A stretch of DNA of 39,400 bases from Seison nebaliae. Taxonomy: Eukaryota. Positions 25,177 through 35,204 of this stretch are shown in pieces. The stretch is taken from NCBI GenBank assembly GCA_023231475.1, contig JALJEE010001089.1:1-39400 (forward strand), in the 5' to 3' direction. A program made the position numbers and the translations under genes. Position 1 is the first letter of the stretch, and every line of letters begins with the position of its first letter. The notes under the pieces are model-generated. The model ran no database searches. It was not told the origin of the DNA and saw only the letters and a list, made by a program, of their open reading frames with translations.

Positions 25177-26590
25177 ATGGATTTGAATGATATTATGACA
25201 ACATTCTGGTTTTGTCTTCAAAAGTTTTTCGAGTTTTTGAAGAAGCTGAAGATCCTTGCTTTCCTCATTCAACATTTCGCCATAGGTGACATACCATCAA
25301 TTGAACATAGTTATTCTTTAACTTCTCTCTCTTTTCCAGTTCCTTTTTTTTCCGGATAGATGGCGAAAGAAACAGTAAATTAAATGTGTGGATCAGTACG
25401 TTTAACATCGACTCAGCCAGTTGTTGTGCTACGAAAGAAAATGAAGTATTAAGATGGTTTGATAAAATCTCTCCGAAAGAAGATCTGATAGTGATAGGTG
25501 TGATTTTCTTTTTTTCTGTTGTTCCTTTACATTGTTCCATATAGGTCTACAAGAAGTTGCTACTCTCTCGTTTAGTACTTTTGTTGGTTTAGGTTTAGAA
25601 AAGGGAAGACAATGGTCGAAAAAGATCCATCGAATTCTCAACAAACATCTCTCAAGTTCAATCATTCATCATCTTATTGTTTTTTATCTCGTATGTTTTC
25701 TGTCAATCTTTTTTCGGCAATTGACAGATATTGATAACTCTTCAAATTCGTCGTATGAGTTAGTTGTTGCTCAACAACTTGTTGGCATATCTATTATAAT
25801 TTTCCAAAAATGTCACACTGAAACTAGTGGGAAGTTCATATCAAATTTTGATATAAAAAATGTTCAAATTATTTCAACTCCATTCGGTTTGGTGAACATG
25901 ATAGGCAATAAGGGTAACGTCGGAGTGCGAATGGAAATTAATGATTCGGTTTTTGGCTTTTTAACCATGCATTTACCATCAGGAATGGGTTATCGTAATG
26001 ATAGAACAAAAAAGTTCCATGAATCACTTAATGAGTTTTTTCGACTGACGAACAGTAGTTGGGAGGAAATGGATTGTTTATTCGCGATTGGTGATATGAA
26101 TTATCGATTAGCTGCACCTAAAATTTCACGAAGTACATTGCAATCGATTGCAGAAGAATTTGTAAGAATGGACAATTTCGAAAATAATTTAAGGCGAATA
26201 ACCAGATTATGCGTGGATAACGACGAATTGACAACTGAACGAAAAAATGATGATTTACTAAAATTATTCCAGGAAAAATTCATGATTTATTCTGGCGTTA
26301 ATTTGACTGCACCGAAACTCTTCCTCCCAACATACAAATATGAACGACGTCATTTATCGCAATTTGATTGTAAGAAAATGAGATTTCCTGCATGGTGTGA
26401 TCGAATTCTGTTTCATTCGAAACATCGTCTTCTCCAATTGACTGAATATGATTCCATACAACATATAACAATTTCAGATCATAAACCCGTTTTCGCCAAA
26501 TTCACATTTTCTCTCATCAACGATCAATCACATGAGAATGATGGAGAAGAATTTTGTACAGTCGATCTCCTAGAAATGAAATGTTCATAG
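25177..26590 (+). CDS. Inositol polyphosphate 5-phosphatase (catalytic domain); 5' end uncertain
   Basis: Introns 25310-25359, 25498-25544 and probably 25656-25727. Motifs VWISTFNI, DLIVIGLQE, GNKG, MHLPSG, GDMNYRL, PTYKY, PAWCDRIL and SDHKPV. More exons may lie at ~24830-25170. Confidence 0.88.
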
Positions 26591-26769
26591 AAAATCATAG
26601 ATTTAGATTGTAAATAAAAGAAAAATTTTAATTTTAACTTTATTCATTATCACAATTACATATTGTTCAAATGATGAGCGTCCGATTTCTTTCATTTTTG
26701 AGTCAGATTTATAATTTGAGTCGAATTATTCAATCATAGAATCGTCAACAAAAAGTGTAATTATTGGGA

Positions 26770-27474
26770 ATGGATCAATTAATTTTACTCTTTCTCTCAC
26801 CCAAATGCTATGGGAAATTTCGAATGGATCCAATGATTTATTTGATGGATATCGATTGTCTCAAACAGACAGTGAGCAAATGTCTCGGTTATGGAATCCT
26901 CATAATGTCTACCATCATCAAAGTTCCTCAAATTCTCAAGATGTTGACCAATAGAAGTGGTGCTGGTGTTAGTTTGATGAGTGAATTACTTTACATGATC
27001 AGTGTGTTCGGTACGTTGTCTTATGGATATATTAATCAATTTCCTATGAGTTCTTATGGAGATACATTTGCACTCCATTTTCAGACGGTGATCATTATGT
27101 TGCTGATCCTTTATTATGAGAAGAGAAGTCTTGCATCTTGCATCATCTTCTCTCTATTCAACTCAATTCTATTTTATGTGTTATTCACAAATCAATTCCC
27201 TCCACCACTTGCAACCCTTCTCCAATATATCAATATTCCAGTCATTGTCATGAGTAAATTGAATCAAATATTTCTCAATTATCAAAATCATTCAACTGGA
27301 CAATTATCCCTCATTACACAAACTTCATTACTTTTGGGATGTATCGCTCGTATTTTCACTTCAGTACAAGAAACGAATGATCTATCCATGCTACTCACAT
27401 ATGCTTTTAGTACTATCTTAAATTTTATATTATTTTATCAAATTTTCACTTATCCGAAATTGAAAGCAGAATAG
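26770..27474 (+). CDS. MPDU1: Mannose-P-dolichol utilization defect 1 (PQ-loop membrane protein), intronless
   Basis: DCLKQTVSKCLGYGIL..IKVPQILKM..SGAGVS, FPMSSYGD, NYQNHSTGQLS and ARIFTSVQETND. ATG at 26770. Confidence 0.93.
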   Translation: MDQLILLFLSPKCYGKFRMDPMIYLMDIDCLKQTVSKCLGYGILIMSTIIKVPQILKMLTNRSGAGVSLMSELLYMISVFGTLSYGYINQFPMSSYGDTFALHFQTVIIMLLILYYEKRSLASCIIFSLFNSILFYVLFTNQFPPPLATLLQYINIPVIVMSKLNQIFLNYQNHSTGQLSLITQTSLLLGCIARIFTSVQETNDLSMLLTYAFSTILNFILFYQIFTYPKLKAE

Positions 27475-27594
27475 AAAAGAGGAGATTTGCTTTCCATTCG
27501 TTTTCTTTCGTAAATATTAAGATTAGTTTCTAATAAAATCTTACAAAATATTTGATGAAATCTTATAAAACATACGTTTAGAAATACGAATTCT

Positions 27595-30500
27595 TTAATT
27601 TTTCTTATCATTCTTCATTCGATTGAGATAACTTTTCATCGGATTATCTTTTGGACTATTCGAACAATTTTTTTGTTGAGAATAGGCAGTGAATTGTCTC
27701 CAACGCTTTATTGTTAATTTGGCCGCATTCGTTTTAGCCAAACGACCGTTTCTTCCAATTCCAACGAACATTATTGTAGAACGATGAGCACCACAAAATC
27801 GAGCGAATGCTGAATGATTAACATGTGCAAATACTTTTATTTTATTATGAGATGCCATTAATGGTCGACTGAAACGAACACAATCAGGTAAACTTTCGAT
27901 CAATTCTCTCACTGGAAACTTCGGAACATTCTCGCAAAAATTTTCTAAAAAAATAAATGAAGATAATTTAATTAAGGAAAATATGTAACGTATTTGACTT
28001 TTCATCATTCGATAATAAATCTTCCACACTAATTCTGCATTCCTTCCACTGTCAATAAAAATCGCACCGGCTACACTCTCAAAAATATCACCCAAACATT
28101 TCGGTACTTCCAGATATTCTTTCTCTTCGATTAAGTTCGTTGAAATTTCATTGTTCTGTTCGAATTCCCTTAATTTTTTCATATCCATCGAATTATCATC
28201 GAAGTTATTTGAATTAATTATATCATTTTCATCTTGATCAACTATTCCCGATGAGAAATCCAATAGATCGTCAATATCGAGACAAAGATCGTCATCATAT
28301 TTATGACGAAAACGTTCAATGAATGCATCGATAGATTTAATGATCGACAAGTTCTGATGAATAAGATATCGATGAAAGTCATATTTACAACTAATAAAAG
28401 CGAAGATTGTGTTGTTGACAAGAGCGGAACGAAGATCTGTAATTTCACCAGGATTTCGAAATTTGTGATCATGGAATATGTGTTCGGTAATAACGAAATC
28501 TAGAACAGCATCGCCTAGTAATTCGAGTCGTTGATAAGAGTCAGTGGCAGAAGAAAGAAAGCTGGCACTTGAATGAGTGAATGCTTCAATCAATAATGAT
28601 TTATTATTAAATCGATAAGATAATCGATTTTCAAATAGATGAATATTCTTCAATTGTTCTTCAAATAAACGAGAAGCGCTGAGAATGTCTGGTATGAATT
28701 GTTCCGTTGACGAATATAATTCAATGGGAGATTCGTTCAATTTCACATATATATTCTTTTGAGAATCATCTTCTATTTGTATTTCATTAAAATCGAAATT
28801 TAATCCAAACCATTTCATCACTTTCAACGTTTTCTTCATCCCTAATTCTATTAATGATGCCCCAATAATTGCTTCCACACAATCAGCAATTGACTTATCT
28901 GACAAATAATGTTCATTGATCATATCCATATCTCTTGTTTCGTTCACTTTCATCTCATCTTCAAATCTCACTTTCCTTTTCTGTCCATCTTCTTTTTTTA
29001 AACTTGTCGGTTGGACGGCAGACTTGGTGTTGGAATAGTTCGATAAGAAAGTTTTCATTTGATTCGAAGAGAAAGTGGAAGTATCATCATCGATCAATTT
29101 CCTTTTTTTTTCTGTGAACATAGGCGGACACCAATTGACATAAGGATGAAATTCAGTAGATTGCATATAATTAGGAATATGTCTCCTTTTCCCTAAATAT
29201 GCGAGAGTTTGATTTGAAATCAATTTCGAGCGAAGCAATGAAAGAACTCCTTCATTCTCTCTAGGAAATTTCAAGAAGAGATAAATAGCTGAGGAGAATT
29301 TAAGGAAAGAATCACCTAATAATTCAACTCGTTCCAAATCGAAAGCATCACCAGCTGACCTTAATGTAAGTGCTTGAAGTAATTGACATGTAGTCAGAGT
29401 ACCATCAATGATATCATCTAAAGACTCATACCACTTATCATTCAATTCGTCATTATTTAGATCAATGAAACTTTTTTGTTTTAAATCAAAATCTTTCACA
29501 AGTAAATGTTTCATCGACAAACCCATCGATTTCTTTTCCAATCTGCTTTGTCCAATCGCATAATATTTTTCTATGGATTCCATAAAACGGAAATTTTTCA
29601 TTTCTTCGCCGATTCGATTTGGATCATAGACCAATTGAAGATTTATCTTTTCGTTGAAATGATGATCGGAAGATGAATGAAGAATTATCGATATTTCGTG
29701 AAACTTTATTTCATTCATTTCATTCGAATTTATTATTTCGTAATTTTCATTCGGATTTTTTCGGAATTCTTCTAAATTTTCATTAACTAATTTATAATTC
29801 ATTTTGAAGACGACTCTTCTCTTCTTTGCATTCTCATAAGCATCGATTGAACGACAGTGTCTCTTGAATGTGGATTGGAGATTATTCATTCGGTTTATTT
29901 GCAGCTCATTATTCTTTTCATCCATCAAATCATCACCATCCGTATATTCCATATCATCATCAAAATGATAATTTGATCCGAATTCCGAAACGGTAATCTC
30001 CTTCCAATTCTTCTCTAATATTTTCTCTTGTTCATTCATGTCAATGAGGAAAGAATATGACAAATTATCAAAATGATCATTAGATTGATCGATTAAATTC
30101 AATTTGTCAAATTCATCTTCCATTTGGAACTGTTTCTTCTTCGTAATTGCTTGGACAGAATTCGAAGGTTTAGTTGATGATTTTTTTGAATTACATCTAG
30201 AAAGTTCTACTGGAATTTGTTTCGGAAGTGTCATTTTATTCTGATAGTTCTGATTTAATGGTTCTGATAGATTTCGTGTTGATTGGGAACCAGATAAACT
30301 TTGATCTTTCTGATAAACTTGATGGAGATCATTCAATTCCATTTCATCGAGAACGAAAGCTTTATTTAATTGCGAATTTTTCCAATGTCCCTCGATCGAA
30401 CTAACTTCGTTTTCTTCCTCCGTCTTCTTTCTTTCACATTCGAACCAGATTGCATTACTCCAAACGGAAATTGATTTTACATCTTCATCGTTCTCTAATT

Positions 30501-33500
30501 CGTCAAGTCCATTAGAATTGAATTCATTGGAATTGAAATTCTTTGAATAATTCAGTCGAATATTCTCTTCATTTAACAAACTATTATCCGATTTGTTCTT
30601 ATAGAAATTGAGTAGAGATTCCAAATTATAATCTTCTTCCCCAATCCATTCATCTTCGCGATGTTGATCCCAATAGAAATAGAGATTATCTTTATTTTGT
30701 ATGTTGTGAGAAGGAGATTCATTTGAATAAATAAACAAATTTAATTCATATTTCAATTCTCTCGCTAATAGTAGAGATGTAATACGATGGAAGATTGACG
30801 AGAATTCCAATGTGGATCGCCAAATCTCTCCATGTAGTGGATGAACTGCAACTAATTCAGGAACGAAATGAATTTGTTGAGAATGATGATTATTTGAGGG
30901 AGTGAGTGATAACAACTGCTTATCCAATAATTCGATGACACATTTGACAATTGGAATATTCTCTTCTAATTCAATTAAATCATTCTCATTCAAACCTCTC
31001 TCCATCAACAACGATTCAATACGACAAGAAAATAATCGATCGATTTCTTTCGTCACTTCATCAATAATTTCCTCATGATTAATATACATCGAATGAATAA
31101 TATATCTCCATAATTTATTATAAATAATATGCACAACTATTTCTTTAGTACTACTCACATCTTCTTCTTCAAATTTCATCAAAAGTGACATAATATACAT
31201 GATGAGAGATAACAAAGACAATCTTCCGTTGTTAGATGGACGGAAATGTGAAAGAGCGAAAACTTTAGGTATATCATTTAAATATTTCTTCCGTTTCTTC
31301 ATTAGTTGACCTCGTTTAATTGTTGTTGAGAGATAGCGAGGAATCAATAAATTCATTCTCGATGATAACGTCTCCACAATTAACAAATTTTCTTTCGAGT
31401 GGAATTGCAACTGGCAACAATATTTCTTCTCAAAATAATCTTGATAACTTGAGAACAATTTACCTTTTGAAGGGAAAGATGAAGAAATTTTGAGGAATGG
31501 ATCAATTCCTGAAACGAAAAAATATTCAGGTTCTTCTCGATTCCTATAAGTAGGAGTAATGACGGAGTTTGAGAATTGTTCCAAATTCAATTCATTTCGT
31601 GACCGATTCATTTCAATGTCAAAAATGGACAAATGTCGATTATTCCAAATGGAATTTATTTGGTCCCAATCAATCTCGTTCATTTTCAACGGAATCACCA
31701 AACTGAACGATTGACTACAACGAATATCATATTGGACATTTGAAACATTTTCACCAAATTTGAGAATGTTGTTAAAGAGATAAGAATGGAAATAGAGAAT
31801 TTTCTTGATTTCAAATAAGTTAAATTGATAAAATTCTTTATTATTCAATAGACTCAAATCGATAAACTCTTCACCATTCCGAGTAAAAATTGCAAATTTG
31901 GGAAATGGTAATTTGATGCGTTCCAAACTAATAATTCCTAATGATGACGAACGTTCTTTCCTACTATAACTACGGAAAAGATTTGACAACAAATCTGTAA
32001 TGACTCGAATATCTTCATTGGATGTTGCATGAAAAATATTATATAAAAACGATTCCATTCGTTGTTGATATTTGGTAAGAATGGATTTTTCAGATCGTAC
32101 GTTAATTTGATAGATAAAAAACTTTTGAGGAAAAATTTCATTTTTCGTACAATTCATTATTGTAGAAATTTCATTTAACTTCATCGATAAATCATCATTA
32201 ACTTGGAAGACTTTAGGAACATTTTTACGGAAAATGTTACTATCGTTGTTGTTGTTGGTTGTTGATGGTTGTATTGCGAAATATGTTTGTAACATATAAT
32301 TATCGGAATTAGTTGTTAATAAATGTTTATTCTTTATTTTCTCCTCCAATTCTTCCACCAATTCTTTAGTTAATAATTTTCGAATATTCTTCAAATAAAT
32401 TTGATATTTAGTAGAGGGAAGGGATCTATTCCAACCAATTTCATCCATATTCAATTGATCATGTTCATTCAAATAAAACAAGACGAATTGAATAAGATAA
32501 TCATTAGGAACAACCAAATCTTGTGGCAGTCTCATTATGAAAAATTTGTGAAATTTGGAATTGATCGGTAATTGCAAAAACCGATACTGATATTCCATTG
32601 ACCGATAAGTTTTGATGGTTGGAGATAATCGTGTAAATTGATCACTTGGCAAGAGCGAACAATAATAATTTAATAATTCATAAGAATTAGATGAATCATC
32701 AAAAAATTTTTGAAAAATTTCAAATCTTCTCGAATAATTTCCGAAGTTTTCTTTTTTAAAATTGATTTGATCGAATGGAATTGAAACGTATTGATCCTCA
32801 TTAATCTTCTTTCCATTCCAATGATGTAAGAGTTGACATATGGTATGCCAGTTGGTTAACTGGACACACTTTGTTCTGAGATCATTTCCAGATATTTCGT
32901 TAACGAAAATTTTGAGAGTTTTAGATTTGGATGGCTGTTGATAAAGAGAAAATATCTGATGAAATTGATGAAAAGTTTGAGGAGTGTCCATCAAATAAAT
33001 GTGTTGGAGAGAAAGATGATGATCATCTGTAAACAGATAATCCATTTCATTTGTATTTAATCCAGCACAAATCAAAATGTTGAGTTGCTTTTTTTTAAAT
33101 TGTTGGAGAATGAATTCTCGTTTCTCAATAAACTTCTTCGCGCTTTTCTTCGAAATGTTCAGTTGCAATTTTGTCGTTTTGTGAAACTTCTTCAAATTAT
33201 CCTCAAATGTACCAATTATTTTCTCATCTTCCATCATTTCCTGATTGAGGGGTATGGGAAGACTTGCTGATACTGTTGGATATTTATTATTTGCTTTAAT
33301 GGATTTGATTTGATTGAAAACGAAATTACATTTGAATGAGATAATTGAGGAGAATCTTCTATCCTTCGTCAAATATTGAATTAAATCAGATAACAATTGT
33401 GCTGATAATCGAGTTTGAATAAAGATCAATAATTGTTCACCTTTCTTCACATTTCCCAATTCGTGAATGAGATTTAATACTTTCGAAGTAATAAGGAAAT

Positions 33501-34962
33501 TGGCAATTAATTTAGAAATCTTTGAACCCTTTCTAAAATGGAATTCATTGTCGATAATATCGGATGAATAGTAGAGATATCTGATGGTATTATCGATATA
33601 GGATTGAATGAACGAAAGTTTAGTGATAGTCCATCGTAACAGATTATGTTCGTCATCCAATAGACGACTACCGAACAATAGATTTAATTTCTCTAATGGT
33701 GACATGATGGAGCGAATGCCTCGAAGGAGACACCATACTCCTAAATTGTTGAGGATATGTAACGCTTCCATCAACGAACATTTACATATATGAGCAACTT
33801 TTAAATTGATTGAATCAGAAATATCATTTTCCTCATTTTCCTCATTTAGTAGATGATCATTTTGACAGAAATCAGTCAATTCCTTTAAAACTTCTTTCGA
33901 TTCGTTTTCAGTTGACTGATTAATTAGTTCAGCAGTTTTCCATTCGTTCGTCTTCTCCAAAAACTCAATTGCGTTGATTAATTCATTCTTTGTATTCTTT
34001 ATGAGATATAAGCAGGTGTCAGGCAAATCACGTCCACTCAAACTTTTACATTGAACGAATGTCATGTCAAGCTTGACGTCCGTGCCATTCATCCCGTTCG
34101 CTGTAAGTAAGAATGGCATCAAACGACATTTCCATAAATTCTCCAAACATTTCAACAATAAACTGAGATCCATATAAGAGATATTATTTGGAGTAACTTC
34201 TTTCATGTTGTTGTGCAGAAAGTTTTTCTTTTGAATTTTCCATATAAATTTCTCAAAATTTTCGTGAAAAGTTGAAAGGTGAAGAAGAAAATTGCCCATA
34301 AATAAACAACGATGAATTTTAGTAGATCGAACGTCGGTTGAGATAGATTCATAATATTCATCAACGAATATATTCTCGATATTATTGAGAATTATTAAAG
34401 AGTATAACTCGGCACTCTCCAAATTAATTAAGTTTCCTAATAATTCGGTGAATAAAATGGAAGAAAGGAAAATTACTGGAAATTTCTTGAGAATCTTCTT
34501 CCAATCATCCAATTTCCAAAAGAGAAGATAATGTAATTGAATTAATGGATAATCGATATATGTCATACTGTTGTCGTCTCGAATCAATTCATAAGTTGTC
34601 TGAGAATGTAAAATTTGTTCATAATTCTTCTTTTCCATGAGAATCTCTTCAAAGTTCGGTGACAATCCAAAAGCAGCGGGAAATGCTAAAGACGAAGAAT
34701 AATCAATAGCGATCTCTTTCGTTAATTGATGAGGATGACAGATGATAAGAACGGTTTTCGACGGATTTGTTTGAATGAAATGTCGAATTAGTTGAATTGA
34801 AATAAATTTTCGTTCAATATCGGTCTTATGAGGAATAATAATATTATCTCTTTTCGCCGCATCAATCACTTGATCAACCACCAAATGTTTCACTAATCCA
34901 TTTTCACCATTAATAGCTGAGGCGAAATCCTCAGAATTCTGATAAATTTGGGAGATTGACAT
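27595..34962 (-). CDS. DICER1: Dicer (Dicer-1-like RNase III), ~2440 aa after removal of one 45 nt intron
   Basis: Degenerate helicase region, DUF283 (LLNYYCSLLPSDQFTRLSP), PAZ (VITPTYRN..YQDYFEKKY), FVPELVAVHP connector, RNase IIIa (ERVELLGDSFLK; DKSIADCVEAIIGA), RNase IIIb (QRLELLGDAVLD; PKCLGDIFESVAGAIFIDSG) and dsRBD. Removing GT-AG intron 27989-27945 restores QIQNFCENVPKFPVREL. Confidence 0.96.
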   Translation of the reverse strand: MSISQIYQNSEDFASAINGENGLVKHLVVDQVIDAAKRDNIIIPHKTDIERKFISIQLIRHFIQTNPSKTVLIICHPHQLTKEIAIDYSSSLAFPAAFGLSPNFEEILMEKKNYEQILHSQTTYELIRDDNSMTYIDYPLIQLHYLLFWKLDDWKKILKKFPVIFLSSILFTELLGNLINLESAELYSLIILNNIENIFVDEYYESISTDVRSTKIHRCLFMGNFLLHLSTFHENFEKFIWKIQKKNFLHNNMKEVTPNNISYMDLSLLLKCLENLWKCRLMPFLLTANGMNGTDVKLDMTFVQCKSLSGRDLPDTCLYLIKNTKNELINAIEFLEKTNEWKTAELINQSTENESKEVLKELTDFCQNDHLLNEENEENDISDSINLKVAHICKCSLMEALHILNNLGVWCLLRGIRSIMSPLEKLNLLFGSRLLDDEHNLLRWTITKLSFIQSYIDNTIRYLYYSSDIIDNEFHFRKGSKISKLIANFLITSKVLNLIHELGNVKKGEQLLIFIQTRLSAQLLSDLIQYLTKDRRFSSIISFKCNFVFNQIKSIKANNKYPTVSASLPIPLNQEMMEDEKIIGTFEDNLKKFHKTTKLQLNISKKSAKKFIEKREFILQQFKKKQLNILICAGLNTNEMDYLFTDDHHLSLQHIYLMDTPQTFHQFHQIFSLYQQPSKSKTLKIFVNEISGNDLRTKCVQLTNWHTICQLLHHWNGKKINEDQYVSIPFDQINFKKENFGNYSRRFEIFQKFFDDSSNSYELLNYYCSLLPSDQFTRLSPTIKTYRSMEYQYRFLQLPINSKFHKFFIMRLPQDLVVPNDYLIQFVLFYLNEHDQLNMDEIGWNRSLPSTKYQIYLKNIRKLLTKELVEELEEKIKNKHLLTTNSDNYMLQTYFAIQPSTTNNNNDSNIFRKNVPKVFQVNDDLSMKLNEISTIMNCTKNEIFPQKFFIYQINVRSEKSILTKYQQRMESFLYNIFHATSNEDIRVITDLLSNLFRSYSRKERSSSLGIISLERIKLPFPKFAIFTRNGEEFIDLSLLNNKEFYQFNLFEIKKILYFHSYLFNNILKFGENVSNVQYDIRCSQSFSLVIPLKMNEIDWDQINSIWNNRHLSIFDIEMNRSRNELNLEQFSNSVITPTYRNREEPEYFFVSGIDPFLKISSSFPSKGKLFSSYQDYFEKKYCCQLQFHSKENLLIVETLSSRMNLLIPRYLSTTIKRGQLMKKRKKYLNDIPKVFALSHFRPSNNGRLSLLSLIMYIMSLLMKFEEEDVSSTKEIVVHIIYNKLWRYIIHSMYINHEEIIDEVTKEIDRLFSCRIESLLMERGLNENDLIELEENIPIVKCVIELLDKQLLSLTPSNNHHSQQIHFVPELVAVHPLHGEIWRSTLEFSSIFHRITSLLLARELKYELNLFIYSNESPSHNIQNKDNLYFYWDQHREDEWIGEEDYNLESLLNFYKNKSDNSLLNEENIRLNYSKNFNSNEFNSNGLDELENDEDVKSISVWSNAIWFECERKKTEEENEVSSIEGHWKNSQLNKAFVLDEMELNDLHQVYQKDQSLSGSQSTRNLSEPLNQNYQNKMTLPKQIPVELSRCNSKKSSTKPSNSVQAITKKKQFQMEDEFDKLNLIDQSNDHFDNLSYSFLIDMNEQEKILEKNWKEITVSEFGSNYHFDDDMEYTDGDDLMDEKNNELQINRMNNLQSTFKRHCRSIDAYENAKKRRVVFKMNYKLVNENLEEFRKNPNENYEIINSNEMNEIKFHEISIILHSSSDHHFNEKINLQLVYDPNRIGEEMKNFRFMESIEKYYAIGQSRLEKKSMGLSMKHLLVKDFDLKQKSFIDLNNDELNDKWYESLDDIIDGTLTTCQLLQALTLRSAGDAFDLERVELLGDSFLKFSSAIYLFLKFPRENEGVLSLLRSKLISNQTLAYLGKRRHIPNYMQSTEFHPYVNWCPPMFTEKKRKLIDDDTSTFSSNQMKTFLSNYSNTKSAVQPTSLKKEDGQKRKVRFEDEMKVNETRDMDMINEHYLSDKSIADCVEAIIGASLIELGMKKTLKVMKWFGLNFDFNEIQIEDDSQKNIYVKLNESPIELYSSTEQFIPDILSASRLFEEQLKNIHLFENRLSYRFNNKSLLIEAFTHSSASFLSSATDSYQRLELLGDAVLDFVITEHIFHDHKFRNPGEITDLRSALVNNTIFAFISCKYDFHRYLIHQNLSIIKSIDAFIERFRHKYDDDLCLDIDDLLDFSSGIVDQDENDIINSNNFDDNSMDMKKLREFEQNNEISTNLIEEKEYLEVPKCLGDIFESVAGAIFIDSGRNAELVWKIYYRMMKSQIRYIFSLIKLSSFIFLENFCENVPKFPVRELIESLPDCVRFSRPLMASHNKIKVFAHVNHSAFARFCGAHRSTIMFVGIGRNGRLAKTNAAKLTIKRWRQFTAYSQQKNCSNSPKDNPMKSYLNRMKNDKKN

Positions 34963-35204
34963 CTTGAAAAATATTCAAATAAATATTTTTGGACTAAACT
35001 TCAAATTTGAAAATCTTCAATATGTTCTATACTTCAAAATGGTTTGTTTAAAAAAAGAGAAAAATTTATAATTTAATTGAAAGTTCTCTCTCAAATTAAA
35101 CTCTAAAATATTTACATAATGCTTTTAACTTTATGAAAATAGGAAAATAATCAAATTTATACGAATTGTGATGATCGATAAATATTAGGACGAATACTGT
35201 TAAT

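Noticed and set aside
25081..25665. Minus-strand ORFs overlapping the 5-phosphatase 5' region
   Set aside because: Could not be spliced into a coherent gene; the plus strand carries the conserved motifs.
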